Source of the DNA: Amoebidium appalachense
Taxonomy: Eukaryota; Protista; Ichthyosporea
Length of the DNA: 64,000 nucleotides
NCBI GenBank assembly: GCA_963693365.1
Contig: CAVNZM010000011.1
Span: forward strand, 6,281,921 to 6,345,920
Direction of reading: 5' to 3'
In this document: piece by piece, positions 61,041-64,000 of the stretch
Layout of the letters: each line of letters starts with the position of its first letter
How positions within the stretch are numbered: the stretch's first letter is position 1
The notes under the pieces: model-generated
What the model was told of the DNA's origin: nothing
What the model saw: the letters and a program-made list of their open reading frames with translations, nothing else
Databases searched by the model: none
Program-made: the position numbers and the translations under genes

Positions 61041-61687
61041 TTTTTTTTTTTGGGGGGGGGGGGCTGGCTTAAATAAGTAACAGGTCTCACTGAGTGTCCG
61101 ATGAAAATAACCTGAAAATATCCTAGGATCCTATATTTCTAGTCACGAGTTTCTAATTGTCCGGGATAAATTGGTGTCCTTCAGCCTTCCGATCTCTCGT
61201 AATGAATGGATTCAATGTTTATTCTCGTGAATTCGTATCTACCAACCGAACACTGCAATCTTTAACAGAGAATTCCCGTTTGCACTCACACTAATGAAAT
61301 TTTCGTACCGTTTTTAACGGCTAAAAAACAGTCATATTCCAGAAGCCACTGGATATTGCTTCTCCGCGGGCGCACCAAAACAATTAAAACCTGAGCAAAT
61401 GCATATCCTCATTCATGATCTCCTTATTTCACCTTTCTTTCTTAAACCCCCCCCCCCCCCCCCCAAACAATCAAATAATAATAATAATAATAATAATAAC
61501 ATAAAATAAAAAAGGAGCATCATGCACACACACACTATATTCATGCCAAAAAAGTCTCACGAGGTCCAGCCCCAAACGCCTATGTGCTGTATTTTCCATC
61601 CCCCAGCCAATCAGATGAGCCCGATAACACATTTAAATTTTATTAAACAAATGGGCCCCCAACATTGGTGAAAGATTAGCCCATACA

Positions 61688-62233
61688 TCACGCATTAACC
61701 TGTGTTGAGACCCACATGCCTTCATCCTCTTGAACCCCCCCAGTCGAATTTTCAAGCACAAACGTAAATCTCTCCTGCGGAAACGGCTTCAGTTTCAACA
61801 AATCCACCGACTCCACATCCAAGAGAAGTAGGCAAAAGTTGGACAGCGCCACGTTGTGCATGGGCAGATTTCCGTGGCCATTTTCACCGGAATTTGACTC
61901 AACGGACTGTGATATTTCCGTATTTTCAGACACATCTCCGATTTCCTCCACAAACATATGCGCCTCTTCCGGTTTCTTTTCCACACCGGGCGTTGGGTGG
62001 GCAAAAGCAGCCCTCCCCCTAGAGCTCATAAGTTTCCACGATGAGAGCCTCTCGGCCTCCCAATCGTGTAAAACCCCATGAAATTTCGCTGGGGGCTGTG
62101 GAAGTTTGGATACGACTGCCACTTGGGCGGGTGAAAGTTCAGCGGGTGGGGGGGACACAACGTATAGCCGGCCCGACAGACGAAACTGAGGAATGATAAG
62201 TGATGATCAATACTTGACCCCTCTCCACCCCTC

Positions 62234-62269
<36 letters not shown>

Positions 62270-62388
62270 ACCACCACCACCACCACACGCACGCGCGCGC
62301 AGGCGTAAACACCCACATGTGAATACACGTGCAAATGTGGACACCAAAACCTGTATGTGTACCGACATGCCCCAAAACCAACTAGCAG

Positions 62389-62465
<77 letters not shown>

Positions 62466-63027
62466 ACCCCACCACCCCCTCCCGCCGCCGCCACCACCTC
62501 CACCACCACCAAAAACGAACTAACAAACAAAAACATTTGCACATCTGCCCACGCATGCACAAACAATAATGATCACCTCGAGTCTGAGCCTTCATCCCCC
62601 CCCCCCCCAGCCACCCACCCACCCACCCCCTCCCCACACACACACACTCTCTCTCTTTCTCTCTTCTTCCTACTCTTCTTGTCTTAAAAAAAAACAAAAG
62701 GGACGGGGGGGAGGGGGGAGGGGGGGGGGGAGGGGGGGAGGGGAGGGGGAGAGCCGGAGGGAGGGGGGGAGGGTTGCCTGTGAGTGTGGAGGGGGGAAGG
62801 GGTTGGGGTTGGGGGGAGGGGGGAGGGGGAAGGAGAGAGAGAGAGTAAAATAGCCACACACCTGCTCACGTGTCACAGGCATATACCAGCACACCTCCCC
62901 ATATGCACAGTGGGGCATCTCACTCTGCAGCTTCATACTGCGGAGGTCCGTTATGAAACGAAGTGCCTGCTTGGTGTTGTCTGATCGATCACCCACCATC
63001 CCCCTGTACACAACTGTGCGGTTGGCT

Positions 63028-63058
<31 letters not shown>

Positions 63059-63071
63059 GGGGGGGGGGAAG

Positions 63072-63162
<91 letters not shown>

Positions 63163-63189
63163 TGTGTGCGTGAGTGTGTGAACGTGTTT

Positions 63190-63220
<31 letters not shown>

Positions 63221-63304
63221 GGGGGGTGGTCCAACACGTTTCGTTCAGTCCGTCATATTGCCCGAGCAAAGGGAAAACTTGCAAACAGGGCAGAAACAAA
63301 GCAG

Positions 63305-63359
<55 letters not shown>

Positions 63360-63551
63360 ACACAGGAAAGGGCGCGCTTTCACACACACCAACAAAAACA
63401 AAACACACACACGCACACACACTCAAACAAACCTGCTCATAACACTCACAACGATCAGGAAATGGCAAAGCACCCCCTCCCCCCCCTCCCTCCCCCCCCC
63501 CGACCCCCTAAAACCCCTTCCCTCCCCCCTCTCCCCACCCACCCAAAAAAG

Positions 63552-63618
<67 letters not shown>

Positions 63619-63642
63619 CATTAAACATATAGCCTTCAACCC

Positions 63643-63673
<31 letters not shown>

Positions 63674-63834
63674 AAAAAAAAAAAAAAAAAGGAAACAAGG
63701 AAACCCGAGGTAACAAATAAAATGTTAACACAAGAACACAAAATAGAGGTGAGAGCAAAATCCACCCACCAGGCCTGCCATCGGGTCTCACGGTGGCCAA
63801 CTGCACGTAGCCACGGTTGGTCGACGTGTTCTTG
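61688..63834 (-). CDS. Pyridoxamine 5'-phosphate oxidase-like FMN-binding protein (Pyridox_oxase_2 / alr4036-type); 5' end uncertain or outside the window
   Basis: Exons 63770-63834, 62862-63025 and 61688-62185 are phase-consistent. Motifs YVQLATVRPDGRPANRTVVYRG, FITDLRSMK, EVCWYMPVTREQFRLSG, R..SW..MS..R..F..PTPG, NFCLLLLDVESVDLL.L and W....VN. Confidence 0.88.
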
Positions 63835-64000
63835 CTGCGTAAAACCACGTTAAAATTTAAAACTGGGTTTACAATTTAACACTGTATTAGAATGCAATAA
63901 CACGGCCATGTTGATTTTGTTAATGCCTAAAGTTCGTCTTAGATGGAACAGCCATAAAGCCTGAAGAAGCAAGAAAAAGGGAGAAGGGGAGAAAGAAGTA

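Overview
Eukaryotic nuclear DNA with small exons embedded in introns full of simple repeats (poly-G/poly-C, (CA)n, (GA)n, poly-A/T). Almost all ORFs in the supplied track are therefore artefacts. The gene content is compatible with a unicellular opisthokont, but that is inference only. By reading splice sites and checking exon phase by hand I reconstructed seven spliced genes: VPS26 (minus, 3' end outside the window, with an intronic tRNA-Lys(CTT)); a secreted ParBc_2-type ParB/Srx-like protein with a His-rich tail (plus); WDR74/NSA1 (minus); a PP1 glycogen-targeting subunit with RVxF and CBM21 (minus); a protein with two tandem divergent forkhead-like domains and up to three GC-AG introns (minus); COA1 (plus); and a pyridoxamine 5'-phosphate oxidase-like FMN-binding protein (minus, 5' end uncertain). 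The most unusual non-coding signals are: (1) two related short interspersed repeat families that end at C-runs, with every intronic copy I could recognise co-oriented with host transcription; (2) an ~11-kb domain whose DNA, including its microsatellites, is peppered with tiny palindromic insertions, and which also holds a 20-bp palindrome array and a 27-bp TIR-only mini-element with a target-site duplication; (3) repeated intronic 'echo' copies of splice junctions. No database searches were possible.
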